From contig NC_043001.1 in assembly GCF_006345805.1 (NCBI RefSeq), forward strand, positions 85,808,001 through 85,872,000: a stretch of 64,000 nt of DNA, in the 5' to 3' direction. Below the pieces are notes generated by a model. That model ran no database searches and was not told the DNA's origin. It saw nothing but the letters and a program-made list of their open reading frames with translations. The translations under genes were made by a program, and so were the position numbers. This document shows positions 1 through 14,128 of this stretch, in pieces. Every line of letters begins with the position of its first letter. The stretch's first letter is position 1. The stretch comes from Octopus sinensis (lineage: Eukaryota).

Positions 1-949
1 CCCGTAACTTAACACCGATAAAATAAGCACCAGCTTTAAAAATAAAATAACTACTGGTTTCGATTGATACTACCCTAGTATTTCAAGGCATTGCCAGAGT
101 ATGGCCGCAGTCTAATGAGTGAAAAAAGTAAAAGATAAATATGATTTCCATCAAAAATAAGATATAATTGACTAAGCATTAGAGAAAACATTTGTACACT
201 TAATCTATTTCTTAGGTAGACACAATATGTGACACAAAGCGTCACAAAAAATTGCAGGTACAGTCTAACACTTTGTATTTCCACAGTTTCCGTCTAACCA
301 ATTTGACTTACGAATCTAGAGCTGATCTGAAGCTATGCCAAAAGTTACATGCTCATGATGTCATACCTGAGCTCAAATTTATAACCCCGTGATCGCATAT
401 GGAGCATTTCAATCACTCAAATGCTTCTGCGTACAAATATATAATATACAATATATGTGTTAAGTAACGAAGGATGTCATTAAAGACGGAGCAATCTCCC
501 AAGTAGGATTGATCGACCAGAGATGACCTGGCGCCAACCAACATCATTAACATCGAGATAAATTTTGATTGTCGTAAATGACGAGAACTCGTAAACAATG
601 TGTTCAGCATAATCCTTTGAATCCCAAATGCTAATCTCTATGATATATGAAGCGTAAATATTTTAAGACAGTTTGCAGATATGAAAGTCATTAACCAATG
701 TCTTTAATGGTTGCACGAGAAGTATATATGTATAATATTCCAATTTAGCTCAGATCAACTCTGATTAAGTAATCATAATTCTCCCAAGTTATCCCAGTCG
801 TGACCAACCTGATTTGGTTTTGTTTTTCTGATATAGTATATTAGGGTAAACTGACGTAATAATCCGTCAGTGATGGCGGATTATTCTGATTAAGCTGACG
901 GATTATTCAATAGATTTTGTAAAATACAAATTTCATATATTTCGGAGCG

Positions 950-1560
950 AAGGTTATTAATAGTGACTTCGAAGTTTCGACCACTTAGCCAGTCAACAGA
1001 CTGTAGTACATTCGAGTTACCTTAGTCTCTCTGTTAAGCTAAATTTTTTCGGGATAGGCGTAGCTCTGTTGAATGAGAATTTGGTTGTAGGTGTTTGGGG
1101 AAATTTTTGTTGATTAAATTTTGTTGATTTTATTTGTGCATGAGAAACTGTGTAATTAGGTGTCTATTTAGGTGTGGCAGCTTCAGATCAGAGGGTTCTC
1201 GAAAGAAAATAGGAAGATGGAAGGAGGTATTTGGTCAGCATTAGCTTTAGTTACTATTGGTTTTATTTGTTTTGGAAATGTGAGGGATAAATTTCAGAGT
1301 TCGGTTTAGCATTTAAAGTTATGTAATTAGGCGTTATTATATAAATATGTCAGATTTTAGGCCATGGAGTTTCTCAGGGTTCACAAAGGAATGTAGCGTA
1401 GTTAAAAGTTTAGTTGGCCAGCAGAATTCTTTACTTCTTGTTGCTGTTACGATTTCAACTGTTTGTTTGGGGAAGATAAGGGTCATCCGTCACACATGTC
1501 ATGGTGTTTTTAGCATAAAACTTTGTTTATCTTACGATTTAATGTTCAGAAATGTGCATA
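950..1560 (-). mobile_element. Probable decayed Penelope-like element 3' region
   Basis: Strand-skewed decayed coding-like tract ending on the minus strand in CTGTTGA-ctggctaagtggtc-GAAAC (~975-1000), a hammerhead-like remnant. Protein similarity is weak. Confidence 0.35.
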
Positions 1561-1859
1561 GGTTGCTTAGTCAACATATTATCTCGAGAATCTAATTCTT
1601 TTGTGCGACTCATCACAAACTACACTACATCCTAATTATGATTCAATACAAGTACACCTAACCTAGCAAGTTTTAATTTGCAGAGGCTATATGTAGCTAA
1701 GATGATCTCAAATGTGCTACATTACCATGATTAGTTAACCGGCCGAAAGTTCAGTCACACTCAATATTATTCTAGTTAAAGAATTATGTGTGTGTATTGC
1801 GTGTATAGATATAAATGAATATAAATAAATAAATATATATATATTATATATATATATAT

Positions 1860-1894
<35 letters not shown>

Positions 1895-2481
1895 ATGTCC
1901 TTGGGAGATGTATGTATATATATATACAACACAGAAAGAATTCCAACTAATTCTGTTTTTTATGTTTTATTTATATTCTTTATGATATTAATGTAGAATA
2001 TAGAATATATAGTATAAATAGTATATATAGTAAAATGAAATGAAATATTGATTGTTTTATTGAATAGATGCAATATTGAATATCAAATATTAAGGGACTA
2101 GTATACTTTCTTGCATTTAAGCAGTCTTCAAGGTCCCAGGTTGTGGCAGGAATGTTTCAACATATATATGTGCGTGTGTGTAATGAAAGAAAATGACTGA
2201 AAAGTTCATGAGAAAACGTACTGTTCGATCTCAGGCTGGTACTCCTCGCAAAGGAGATGAGAGAAGATGGAAGTTTGTAGCAACATTTAGCAAAATAAAT
2301 TAGAGTAAGTTTGTCCCTTCCTAGAAAACAAGAACTGAATGTTAGAAAGGGTGATTTTCAGAGTGATGATAATACTAAGAATACATACACTATATATATA
2401 TATGTATATATATATATACGTATGTATGCATGCATATGTGTAAATATGTATATATGCATAAATATGTGTGAATATATATGC

Positions 2482-2592
<111 letters not shown>

Positions 2593-3053
2593 TATATGCA
2601 TAAATATGTATATATATATATATATATACCGAGAAGTAATGTTACATGGCTATGTGTGTACGGTATAGTTTACTAGCGTGCGTACACTGAAGTATGCTGG
2701 CGGTTAACTTTTATTTTATTTTATTTCTGAAAACATGTGTTTTCTTCCCCTTTCTTGTATATTTTAATTTTGTTGTCATTTGCTTTAAAACTGATTTTTT
2801 TTTCTATTTTATTTGCCGTTCTATATCTTTCTATTTTTGTAATTTGAAATGAAGTTATTTCACCAAACATTTTGCAATTTTTCTCAGCTTATCAAATTTA
2901 AATATTAGAAAAATGAAATTGATAAAAAATCATTATGAAGAAACTAAAATTAAATAAACACATCATATTTTATAGTTTTCATTATAATCAATTTAAAATT
3001 ATATATGTATGTATGTGTATGTATGTATATATATATGTATGCATATATATACG

Positions 3054-3087
<34 letters not shown>

Positions 3088-3105
3088 GTTTAAATGTATA
3101 TGTCC

Positions 3106-3143
<38 letters not shown>

Positions 3144-3586
3144 ATATATATATACATGTGTGTGTGCGTAATTATGTAAATATATATGTGTGAGTCTGTG
3201 TGTATATGTGTGTTTGTGTATGTGTATATAAATGCGTTCGTACATATACATATATACATAATGTTTAATTATTTATATATCACGTTTTTATAGATATGTT
3301 TACCTGTTCCATTCTGTTAGTCTTGCTTTCTCAAGAAAACTTTAAACAGTTTTAGACTTGAATATCACTTACACAGAGACGATATTTGTTGTTGATTTCT
3401 ATTTTTTTTATTTCTATCTTTTATTCAAATTTTTCTTATTTATTTATTTTTGTCTTTTTGTCTGCAAGAAGATTAAGCACCAAGTTTGTCTTTCACGGAA
3501 ACGGCTCACTTTATTCCAGATCTAACTAAAGTTGTGTATAATGTGCGTGTGAATATATATATATATATATATAATATTGTATATAT

Positions 3587-3629
<43 letters not shown>

Positions 3630-3842
3630 TATATATATATATTATATATAAGTGCCAGGGAGTGTGTGTGTGTTATGTGTTATTTATATGTGTATTATTT
3701 GATTCTCTGAATACATATGAATGTAAATATATGCACACATATAAACGTGCATGAATGCTTACGTATGCATATGCACACAAACGCACACACATACGCATAT
3801 ATATGCGTGTGTGTGCTTGTGTTATGTGTACAAATATATATA

Positions 3843-3889
<47 letters not shown>

Positions 3890-3896
<7 letters not shown>

Positions 3897-4626
3897 AACA
3901 GAAATGCAATAGACAGCTTTAAAACGTTCGGACAGATAGATACAAAGGTGGACGAGAGAAAAAAAATTAGAAGGACAAGTAAAAAAAGACAGGTCACTTT
4001 TAGCTTTCTTTCATCAGCCAAGTCCCAGAAGTCCCGACCATTTTGGGCACCTACACTTGAGATGTTTCGATCTGGTTGACTCCAAAAAAAGTCTACAGTA
4101 AGGGCATTTGACACCTTTGTAAGGAAGCTAGCGAATCTCTACGGCAACAAAGATGACAAACAAACAAATAAACGGAGAATATGGTACACAATTACGAAAA
4201 CAAATAACAAGAAATAACAGCAGGTGTTTTTCAACTGAGAACGAATCAAATTGAGCTGGCGTGTATGAAGTGAAGGCCTAAAGGCAGGAACATGGGAGAT
4301 GGATATATGAGGTGCTGACGGTCAGCAGTCAGGCCAAGAAAGAAAGATCAAGGCTGACCAGACACCGGTCACGTGGAAGGAGGATAGATGGGTAAGGGAC
4401 ATCAGGATTGAAGGATTAGAAAAAAATCAGAGACAAAGAGAAAGGTACAAGGGAGATAAACGATTGGGAAATAGTGGGGGTTAGAGAAAGAAAGGGCCAG
4501 CGGGAAAAAGGAAGGAAAATGAGAGAGGGAATAAAAGTTAGAGTAAGAGTCGTACAAAAGTTAGATACATACCCTCTATAAGGTGAGCACAAGGGTATAC
4601 GTACGCCGCTATTATATATATATTAT

Positions 4627-4664
<38 letters not shown>

Positions 4665-5015
4665 AACATGGAACAAAAACGCAATAGAGGTCATTAAAAC
4701 GTTCGGACAGATAGACGATGCAAAGTCAAACAAGAGAAAGAACAATTAGAAGAACAGTTAAAAAAAAAAGACAGGTCATTCTTGGCTTTCTTTCATCAGT
4801 CAAGTCCCAGAAGTCACGACCAACTCGGACAGTTACACTTGAGATGGCTCGATCTCGTTGCCCTCCAAAGAGTCTATGCATTAGACCCCTTTGTAAGAAA
4901 GCTAGCGAATGTGTACGTCATCAAAGACAAAAAAGAAAGGAACGAACAAAAACGGAGAACATGGTACACAATTACGAATACAAACAACAAGAAATAACAA
5001 CAGGCGTCTTTCTAC
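3890..5015. repeat. Two diverged ~340-bp direct repeats (3890-4230, 4665-5015) flanking a purine-rich spacer; pLTR-like
   Basis: atggaacagaaatgcaatag...ggtacacaattacgaa..caagaaataac occurs twice; the two ORFs in the track (3717-4079, 4718-5047) share KKRQV..FLSS.KSQKSRP. Confidence 0.75.
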
Positions 5016-5487
5016 TTATATATCTGTGTGTGCGTGTGTGTGTATGAATGTATGTCTATATATATATATATATACGTATATATATATAAAATATATACGT
5101 ACTTCACATATTAAATTATTTAAAACGGCAAATGACTCATGATTTATGGGAAAACTTCGAGATAAAGTTTAAACTAACAATCGTCGTCTCTTCAATATAG
5201 TTGTTCTAAATAAATACAACAGTAGATATATATAACAATCCCTTGTGTGCGAGTTTGTATGTGTGTGTGTGTGCATTTGCGTGTGTGTGAGTGTAAACAT
5301 AAATACACAAACATATCTCCAAAATGGAAAGAATCACTAGAGTTGTTCAAAGAACAAGGCAGCGCGACTCCAAACGAGATCAAGTGGTTGCAAAACAGAT
5401 TTCTTAACTTCACAGACATGCCTGTGTTACTCTAAAACTTCTAGGGATCTATCTGCGATATTTGCACTTTTCCTTGCAACTACTCAC

Positions 5488-5682
5488 GGCATATATTATT
5501 TAGAGCTTATCAGTAAATGCATTACTTGATTGTGAGTTGCAGCTTAGTTAAAAACGTGCAGAACAATCGGCACAAGGCTTATAAAAATTGTTATAGCTCT
5601 ATCTTTGCTGAAAGTATAAACTGAAGACCTAATGATCAGTTATCTGTGATCTGAGACACGCCAATCGATATTGCTCATGTAA

Positions 5683-5748
<66 letters not shown>

Positions 5749-6134
5749 CAAGATAAAAGGATAACGTTCTTTTCCAAATGATATAGACTCATATGTCCGG
5801 TTTTCCAGTTTCCCTGGCATATATATTCATCGCCGCACTTGCACGAAACGTCGATCCAACGCAAGGTTATTTATTTTTGCCAACTGGGTGAACTGGAGCA
5901 ACGTGAATTTAAGTGCTTTCCTTAAAAACACTACACGTCTCCCAGCCTAGGAGTCGAAACCACCACTTTACGATCATGAGTCCAACACACCTAACCACTT
6001 ACCCAAACGCCTCCACAGTTTTTGTCAAATATCGCATGGCATGGCACCTTTGGAAAGTGTCTTCTAATATAGCCTCGGGCCGACCATAGCCTTGTGAATG
6101 GATTTGGTAGACGGAAACTGAAAGGAGCCCGTCG

Positions 6135-6170
<36 letters not shown>

Positions 6171-6380
6171 AGTATATATATATATATGCGTGTGTATGTC
6201 CAGCCCTTGACAAACGATGTTGGTGTGTTTACGTCCCCGTTACTTAGCGGCTCGGCATAAGAGACAGATAGAATAAGTTCTGGGGTCGATTTGTTCGACT
6301 AAAGGCTGTGCTCCAGCATGGCTGCAGTCAAATGACTGAAACCAATAAAAGAATATGTATATATATATATATATATACAT

Positions 6381-6451
<71 letters not shown>

Positions 6452-6775
6452 GTGTGTGTGTGTCTGTGTGTGTCTGTGTGAAGGCGCAATGGCCCAGTGG
6501 TTAGGGCAGCGGACTCGCAGTCGTAGGATCGCGGTTTCGATTCCCAGACCGGTCGTTGTGTGTGTTTATTGAGCGAAAACACCTAAAAGTTCCACGACGC
6601 TCCGGCAGGGGGTGGTGATCCCTGCTGTACTCTTTCTCTCACTCTTTCATCTGTTGGCCTGCTCGCTTAGCCAGCGGGGTGGCGTCATTCGAAGGCTAAA
6701 ACAATGCGAACGCATTGTGACCAGCGATGTGTAGCAACATCTGATGGTCTGGTCGGTCACGTGATCACGTGATAT

Positions 6776-6829
<54 letters not shown>

Positions 6830-7532
6830 TGTGTGTGTAAAGGGAATAGTTAATTATATCGTCCTTAACGCTCAGTTTATTTTATTGACGTAAAAACGAT
6901 AAACGGTGTAAGATGACCTCGGCTGAATTTGAACTTAGAACGCAAAGCTGAAGAAAATGCATCTAAGCCTTTTGAGTGACTCGCTAATTATTCTACCAGA
7001 TCACCGTCTCAATTTGTGAAATTAGTAACAAAAATTTGTCTTGCTACTGTAAAATCTGTGTAGCTTCAAACTTTTGTAAAGCTGATTATTCCTTGTACGC
7101 GTTAATGAAATAAGATTATTCAAACACGTTTCTCTCAAGCTTTTATCACTTTCTCTCTTTTGCCTGTTGCCATGTTACCAACGGATCATCTTCTAACAGT
7201 AACTATCTATTAAGAGAAACTTACAACTGATTCCAACGATTAGCGCTAAAAAGGGAATTTTACATTGAAATGTATAAATTAGTCAAGAATGGTGAGAAAC
7301 CATTGAAAACGATTTCACTCCTGGTCATGAGATGGTTAACAAGAAGCGAATATGTAAAAGTGATCCTTTGCCAGTGGGCTACATTAAAATTACATTATCA
7401 CATGGTATCGTTGCATTGCAGTAGGTCTTGTATAACGGGATTATATGCTACGTACTCAGAAACAAAGGAGCCTTATTGAACAATTTATAAGAGCTGCGCT
7501 GAATGAACTTGAAAATAGTAGTAGTAGTAGTA

Positions 7533-7564
<32 letters not shown>

Positions 7565-10500
7565 AGAGGAGGAAGTTCCGGGCTGAATAATAACAGAGGA
7601 ACGTCCGGGCTAAATAACAACATGGACGTACACTAAGAAGCTCTGTCCACAAAACAAATTCAGTCCAATAACCTCGGTCCGATTGAAGAAAAACTTCGCA
7701 ATACAACTCTGGGAAAAGTTCTATTAAAGCAGAGGATATAAAAGCCGGAAAGATTTTTGTCATATAAAGTGTAGTTTCTTTCTTGCATAGACGATATCTC
7801 AATGCAACATACGCGAGAAGTCGAAAACAACACCAGGAAACCTGGCAAAACTACACTTACACAGTAAGTACATAATCTGAATAATTTCCTATACATGTAA
7901 CTGTCCACGTATATTTGTGCACATGTTAATATTTATAAGCAACATCGTCTGTCTTTATGTTCTGAGTTCAAATTCCGCCGAGGTCCACTGTGCCTTTCAT
8001 CCTTTCGGGGTCGATAAATTACGTACCAGCTGCGTACTGGGTCGATCTAATCGACTAGCTCCTTCCCCAAAAATTTCGGGCCGTGTACCTAGAGTGCAAA
8101 AGAATATGTATAAGCAACATAAATAATGCCTACACGACACACACGTACACACGCGGACAAAAAATTAAAAGTCACGTGTCACAAGCAATGCCGTACCAAA
8201 TAGAAAGAAAGCGACTTACCACAAACGAATATAAAAAGGAGCAAATTAGTCACTAAGTTTAAAACATAACCAAACACTTATACCGGGAAACATAGCTACC
8301 AAAAGAAAAATAAAGGCAATTTTCCATCTATCAGCCTTACGATATGATAAATATATGTATTCGAAGAACAAGGAAGCGGTGTCTGGTCAAAAAGTGAACT
8401 CTGAAAAAACAGACCCGTCTACTTTTGTCACTGTCAATGCCTTAATGACAAGCCAAAACTCTTGCCGAATCTTCACCATCTAGGACATCAAAGACCGCGT
8501 TACTCAGTGGGGTACCAGACTCGGGTCGAAACGTCTGCTGATAGAACAAACTCTCCAAAAAGCAAGCTACTAGGCAACCAGATCCAGGATAACTCTAACC
8601 CTAGACCTTTAGTGACGCCACCAGAAACATCATCTAAAGCAAAACGCATGAAATAGGCTAGAGAAGATTATAGAGATGTGTTGAAAGCTTTCTATACAGC
8701 CGAACTAAAGTAAAACAATAACCTCATAGTACAAAATTACAATTCACGGAGAAACATAGTTGGCAATGAAGTACGCAGATATATAGATGCAAATAAACTG
8801 TGTAATATACGTAGAGGCATCATTAAGAATAAAATGTTAACTGACGCTGAAATTAGCTAAATTACGACACAAATATGTCATGGTAGACCAAATGAACACC
8901 GCAATAATGCAGATGAAATAGGTAACAGATGCGTAGAACCCAGTGTACGAGTACATACCAACGAGGAAGCTGAAGAAAGAATAGTGAAGAACAGATATGC
9001 GGGAAAAGAGGAGAATTTAGAACCACCTCAGGAATACCTGAACAGGTATGATACAGAATTTGAGATGAATAATAAAGAGATCACAGAAGCAAAGTCTACT
9101 GATATCATCAATATAGAACCACTGGCAAAGTTCTCAGACAGCATAAAAAAACATAATTATGATATATAATGTTGCTTTTAGATAGATTTTAAGTAATAAG
9201 GGAAATGACCTACAACCTTAAATAACTTAATCTATTCCACTACTAAATTTGTAACTGCTCAACTAGGTATCAGGACGACACAGAAAAAGACTAACCCTGT
9301 CAATAGACCCTCTAAGTGGAAAGTAGCAATGCAAAAAGAAATCGAATCTCCGCGGCGGATGAATCATTTCTCAATGAATTTGCTAGAAGAGTAAATGTTA
9401 AGATGAAAGGAGCTAGAAAAATCAAGCAAAAATATAAAATCAAAGGTTTTTTTAAACCTCCCTGCAACCAAGGAACAATTGAAACAATGAATATAACTGA
9501 AAGCCCAAACGGCTTTGAAAGCATGACTAAAGAATCAAATTTTATCGACAAAATAAGATATTCAAGGCGGATGGAAAAAAATCTTTTAGAGAAACTGGCA
9601 AAAGTAAGATAGAAGTAAAGGTGCCACCTAAGACTGAGGAGATGGAAAAGTTCCGGAAGAAGATATGGAGCAACAAAATAGAATATAATGCTAAAGTTTA
9701 CTGGATAGAGTTTGAGAAATTGAGACTGGATGAAGTTGAAGAGCAGAAATGGGAGGCATTAGAAATAGAAGAGCTAAGACGTGTTCTTAGGAAGTCTCAC
9801 AAATGGAAAATCCCAGGGCTGGACATAATTCCTAAATTCTGGTTAAATTGTCTGACAGAAGCACACCAATATATCGCGGTATTTTGATTAATACAAAGAA
9901 ATACAAAGAACTACCTACGAATAACACGCCTTAACACCACCTACAAGATCCTCACAATCACATTAACTGACAGAATATACGCTTTCCTTGAACAGAGATC
10001 AATCATTTAACAAGCTCCAAAATGCTATAAAAGGAATTTTTATGAGTGCAGAGATCAATTACCCATAAGTAAAATGATTGTAGAGAATTGCCGGAGCAGC
10101 AAGAAGAATCTGATAATGGCATAGATAGACTAAAGGAAAGCGTTTGATAGTGTCCCACATAATAGTATACTCAAGGTCATTGAAATATATAAGATCTCTC
10201 CTGTCATCACCAAATTCTTACAAGGTAGCATGGCCAAGTGGAACACACGTCTCCTTCTAAACCATAGTAATGAGATAAGCCAAATTAACAGCATCAGCAT
10301 CAAACGAGGCATCTTTCAAAGAGACTCCATCTACATATTACTCTTTTGTATGGCACTTATCCCACTCTCAAATGAACTAAATAACAGTTCTCAGCCACTG
10401 ATAGGTTGTTGCTTGATTTACACCAGCATTTCGACTTCGAAATATATACTGTCCGTGCAGAAGCTTCTGGCTCCACTACTCCTCAATTTGTTTCAGCCCG

Positions 10501-11962
10501 TTCTTGTTTGCAGTCTGCTTGATCTATTTTGCCTGTTTTGTGGGTTCAAATTTTACAATACAACCATAAACCATCTCTTTTATATGGACGATCTGAAGCT
10601 GTTTGCTGGTAATTAAGAACAGCTAGCATGGTTGCTAACAAATGTTAAAGAATTCAGTAATGACATTGGAATGGACTTTGGCTTTGATAAGTGTGATAAA
10701 GCAACTTTTGTAAGAGGCAAGCTCAGGCAAACAGCTTCCATTAAATTAAATACCGACACTACCATCAAAGAGCTAGACCCACAAGAAAATTACAAATACC
10801 TGGGGATAAACGAAGGAGATGATATAGAAGAGGCTGCCACAAAGGAAAAAATAAAACCGGAATATCACGCTAAAAACTGGACTCAACTCTAAAATTGCAT
10901 CGAAGCCATTAACACCCAGGCACTTCCAATAGTCCAATATGTTTTTAACACCATTAACTGAAATCTTACAGTGCTCCAATGCCTGGGCAGGAAGGCAAGA
11001 GTTCTACTAACTTCTAAGAACATGCACTACACAAAAGCAGATGTTGATCGCCTGTACCTAGCTAGAAGTAATGGGGAAGAGGAATGATGCTGGTATAACT
11101 GTGCTATAAGACCTTCACAATAGCAATGAATAGGTACTTATCCAGTGCAGAGCATTGCAAACATGAAAGCAGCAAAAATCACATTCTATTGTCAAGGAAG
11201 CTTCAAATTCGCAAGGAATCTTGGCTTTAATCCTGAAATGTTTAAAGAACCTGAAGCCACTGCCACAAAACAGGCAAATGGATCAAGCAGACTGCAAATC
11301 AAGCAACAACCCATCAGTGGCTGAGAAGTTCAGTACTCAAAGCAGAGACTGCAGGTTTCATATTGGCAGAACAAGATCAAAACTCACAATAACTACCAGG
11401 CTAACGTTCTTCAGAAGTGTTCTGACCCTAAACGCAGATTCTGCGACACATTTGACGAAACAATAGACCATCTTTTCTCAGGATGACCTGTACTGACACC
11501 AAACGAATAAAAAAATCGCCACGATAGGTATGAGCAGTATTTACACTAGAAAATATGTAAACACTACAAAATCAGCACTCTTTACTGGTATGAACGTCAT
11601 CCTGAGTCTTTACTGGCTGGTCCATTCAACCAGTATTCCTATGTATGTATGTATGTATGTATGTATGTAGGTATGTATGTATGTATGTATGTATGCATGC
11701 ATTTATGTTTGTATGCATATATGTGTTTGAGTGTAGTTTTATCTCTCTGCGTTCATGTCTATGTTAACATGACACCATTTAACCGATATCGTGTTTATAA
11801 TGTGTCTCTTTACGTCCAATAATAGTGAACATAGTAGTTCAGCAAAAATAGATCAATAAAAGACGAAATAAGCTCTTGTTCTGGCCTAACATGACCGCAG
11901 TCCAATAACCGAAACCAGAAAAACAATTAAAATAATAATAATAATAATAATAATATAATAAT

Positions 11963-12020
<58 letters not shown>

Positions 12021-12207
12021 TACACGCAAGTATATTTGTGGCCAGAAAACCCATTTTTCTCCATCAATAGCATAATTTTACGAGCTAAGTTATATTCTTA
12101 TATTGCCAATCTCAGACGAAACATGTTTATGTGTTCAATTATGTTATTGACTAACTTACAAGAGGCCATAACATTACACTGGATGTCTCCAGAACCTTCT
12201 CTCTCCA
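5488..12207 (-). CDS. Speculative micro-exon gene (exons 12160-12207, 8220-8252, 7225-7245, 5488-5505) encoding a signal-peptide-like sequence
   Basis: Four AG|exon|GTRAGT units of 48, 33, 21 and 18 nt, all phase 1-1, join to ...MASL-TNLLLFIFVC-ALIVGIS-SLNNIC. No homology recognised, and chance splice-like motifs are common in this AT-rich DNA. Confidence 0.25.
7946..8108 (+). mobile_element. 5'-truncated SINE with a 12-bp TSD
   Basis: TSD tataagcaacat at 7934-7945 and 8109-8120. Confidence 0.88.
8370..11610 (+). mobile_element. Degenerate R4/Dong-like non-LTR retrotransposon (RT plus CCHC, RLE-type), 3' truncated
   Basis: Decayed frames give RT motifs (YLRITRLNTTYKILT, CRDQL, AxIDxRKAFDSVPH, KRGIFQxDS..LLFCMALIPLS, INHLFYMDDLKLF, IGMDFGFDKC, YKYLGI) and the pre-endonuclease region (ETIDHLFSG..L...E.KNRHDR...YLH.KICKHYKI). 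Many stops and frameshifts. Confidence 0.9.
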
Positions 12208-12409
12208 CTAATAAAACGTAGACTCGTTGTAAATTATTGTTCTACACAATACGTTATAAATTTGAGAAAATATAAAACCATCTGGAATAATGTGCAAATG
12301 TGAGATTGTCTTTTGCTTGCTTCGGCCTCGGCTCTCTAGCTGCATATTTGACGTGAATCTACTTCTCTATCTGCTTGTCTGTCTCATATTAATATTCTTT
12401 TGTTGTCGT

Positions 12410-12440
12410 CGAAGTCGCTGTCTTCGTCGTCGTCGTCGTC

Positions 12441-12472
<32 letters not shown>

Positions 12473-12560
12473 CTTCTTCTTCTTCTTCTTCTTCTTCTTC
12501 TTCTTCTTCTTCTTCTTCTTCTTCTTCTTCTTCTTCTTCTTTTCTCCTCCTCCTCCTTCT
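12410..12560. repeat. (GTC)n(CTT)n trinucleotide microsatellite
   Basis: Directly visible; source of the poly-L/S/R ORFs. Confidence 0.98.
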
Positions 12561-13523
12561 TTTCTTTCCTTTCTTTCTCCACTACACTACGCATACACAC
12601 AAGTATATACGCAGGTATGTATATATATGTGCACACAAGTATTTATGAATATATATATATATGCATATCTATATAAATATATATATGTGTGTGTGTGTAT
12701 ACATATATATATGTATGCATGTATGTATTTATGTGTATGTATCATGTGTGTGCATCTTTATACACGTAAACGCACATATTTACATACCTATATTTATATG
12801 TGTTTACATATGTACATGTATGTGTATGTGTGTGTCTGTTTGTTCGTGTGTGTGTGTGTGTGTGTGTATGTGTGTGTGCGTGTATTGTTTCAATGCATTG
12901 GTATTTTGCGAGCGAGTGTATGAAATTGCGTTGTTTTGCTTGTTTTGAATGAGTTTGTGTGGTAATTTTATGTGTATAGGTGTGTAGGATATGTATGCTT
13001 AAGTTTATACGAAATGTGTAATGGAGAAGATGAAGTATTTACTAATTAGGATTATGGCGAACGAAAGTTTTCAAGAGAAAATATATATTCCCGTTGCTAT
13101 TTTAAGGATAAATGTTCGGCGGCGATACGAGAGGTAAGGCGAGCGTGAAATCGCAGATATGACTGAGAGAAATGTGTGATACACCTGTCTCATTACCTAA
13201 CTGGATATCTTACATGATCTCGTTGAATCAGTCGAATAAACATCGGAGGAAGTTTTCCTGTTTGTTGAGATTACAATCCGGTTTCGTTTTCCGATTGAAA
13301 GTATTTCACTTAGTTTGAAAAGAATTCAATGTATTCTCTTCTTCTAATGTACAGTAACTAATACAAAGAAGCCAATATTAGAAACTGAATAGAACCGTTT
13401 TAAAACATTATAGATGGACAAATTTGTTGAGTTTTAATATTCTTCTACTTATTCTTTTCCATTTGGACGATCATACAACAATCTTGAAATATTCCAGGTG
13501 AATAATTATGTAAAGAAAAATTC

Positions 13524-14128
13524 GGATCTTTACCTTTTGACCAACAGATTTTAAAAATAATTTTTTGTAGCTGAACACTTTCAAACTTCAGACACTGGTA
13601 GAATGTTTCATATAAAACATCTCTTACTCTTAGCATTTTTGAGAAAAACTTATATTTACGAAGTTATTTCACGTTAAAGTTCTCATATTTCGGTAATTTC
13701 AACCAATCAATGACGTGTATTCAGCTGAATAAAATTACTGTTGTTGTTTGTTAACAAGAACTTCCACCGGTGCATATTTCGTTTGTCACTTTTATTTATG
13801 ACAACCCTAACCCTAAAACCTTTAAAACCAGTACAAACGCACGAACGATGTCATAAACAGTGGCAAACGAAAAATACACCACCGATAGTTGTTTTTGACA
13901 AACAATGGCTCTAATTTTATTCAGCTGAATACACATCATTGATTGGTTGAAATTACCGAAATATGAGAACTTTAACGTGAAATAAAATCGTAAATATAAG
14001 TTTTTCTCAAAAATGCTAAGAGTAAAAGATGTTTTATATGACACATTCTACCAGTGTCTGAAGTTTGAAAGTATTTAGTTTTTCAAACATTTAACTTTTT
14101 AAATCTGTAGGTCAAAAGGTAAAGATCC
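13524..14128. mobile_element. Foldback MITE with ~215-bp inverted arms (13524-13737 / 13912-14128)
   Basis: ggatctttaccttttgacc...tcagctgaataaaatta is mirrored in reverse complement. Confidence 0.9.

Noticed and set aside
5488-5492. ATGCC|gtgagt (and ATGCCAAG|gtaagt at 16646-16653) as the MP(S) start of a second S-crystallin
   Set aside because: The first S-crystallin coding exon is expected to encode about 44 residues, and no other S-crystallin exon was found in 1-45900 on either strand.
13803-13815. AACCCTAACCCTAA telomere-like motif
   Set aside because: Only about two units, inside the spacer of a foldback MITE.
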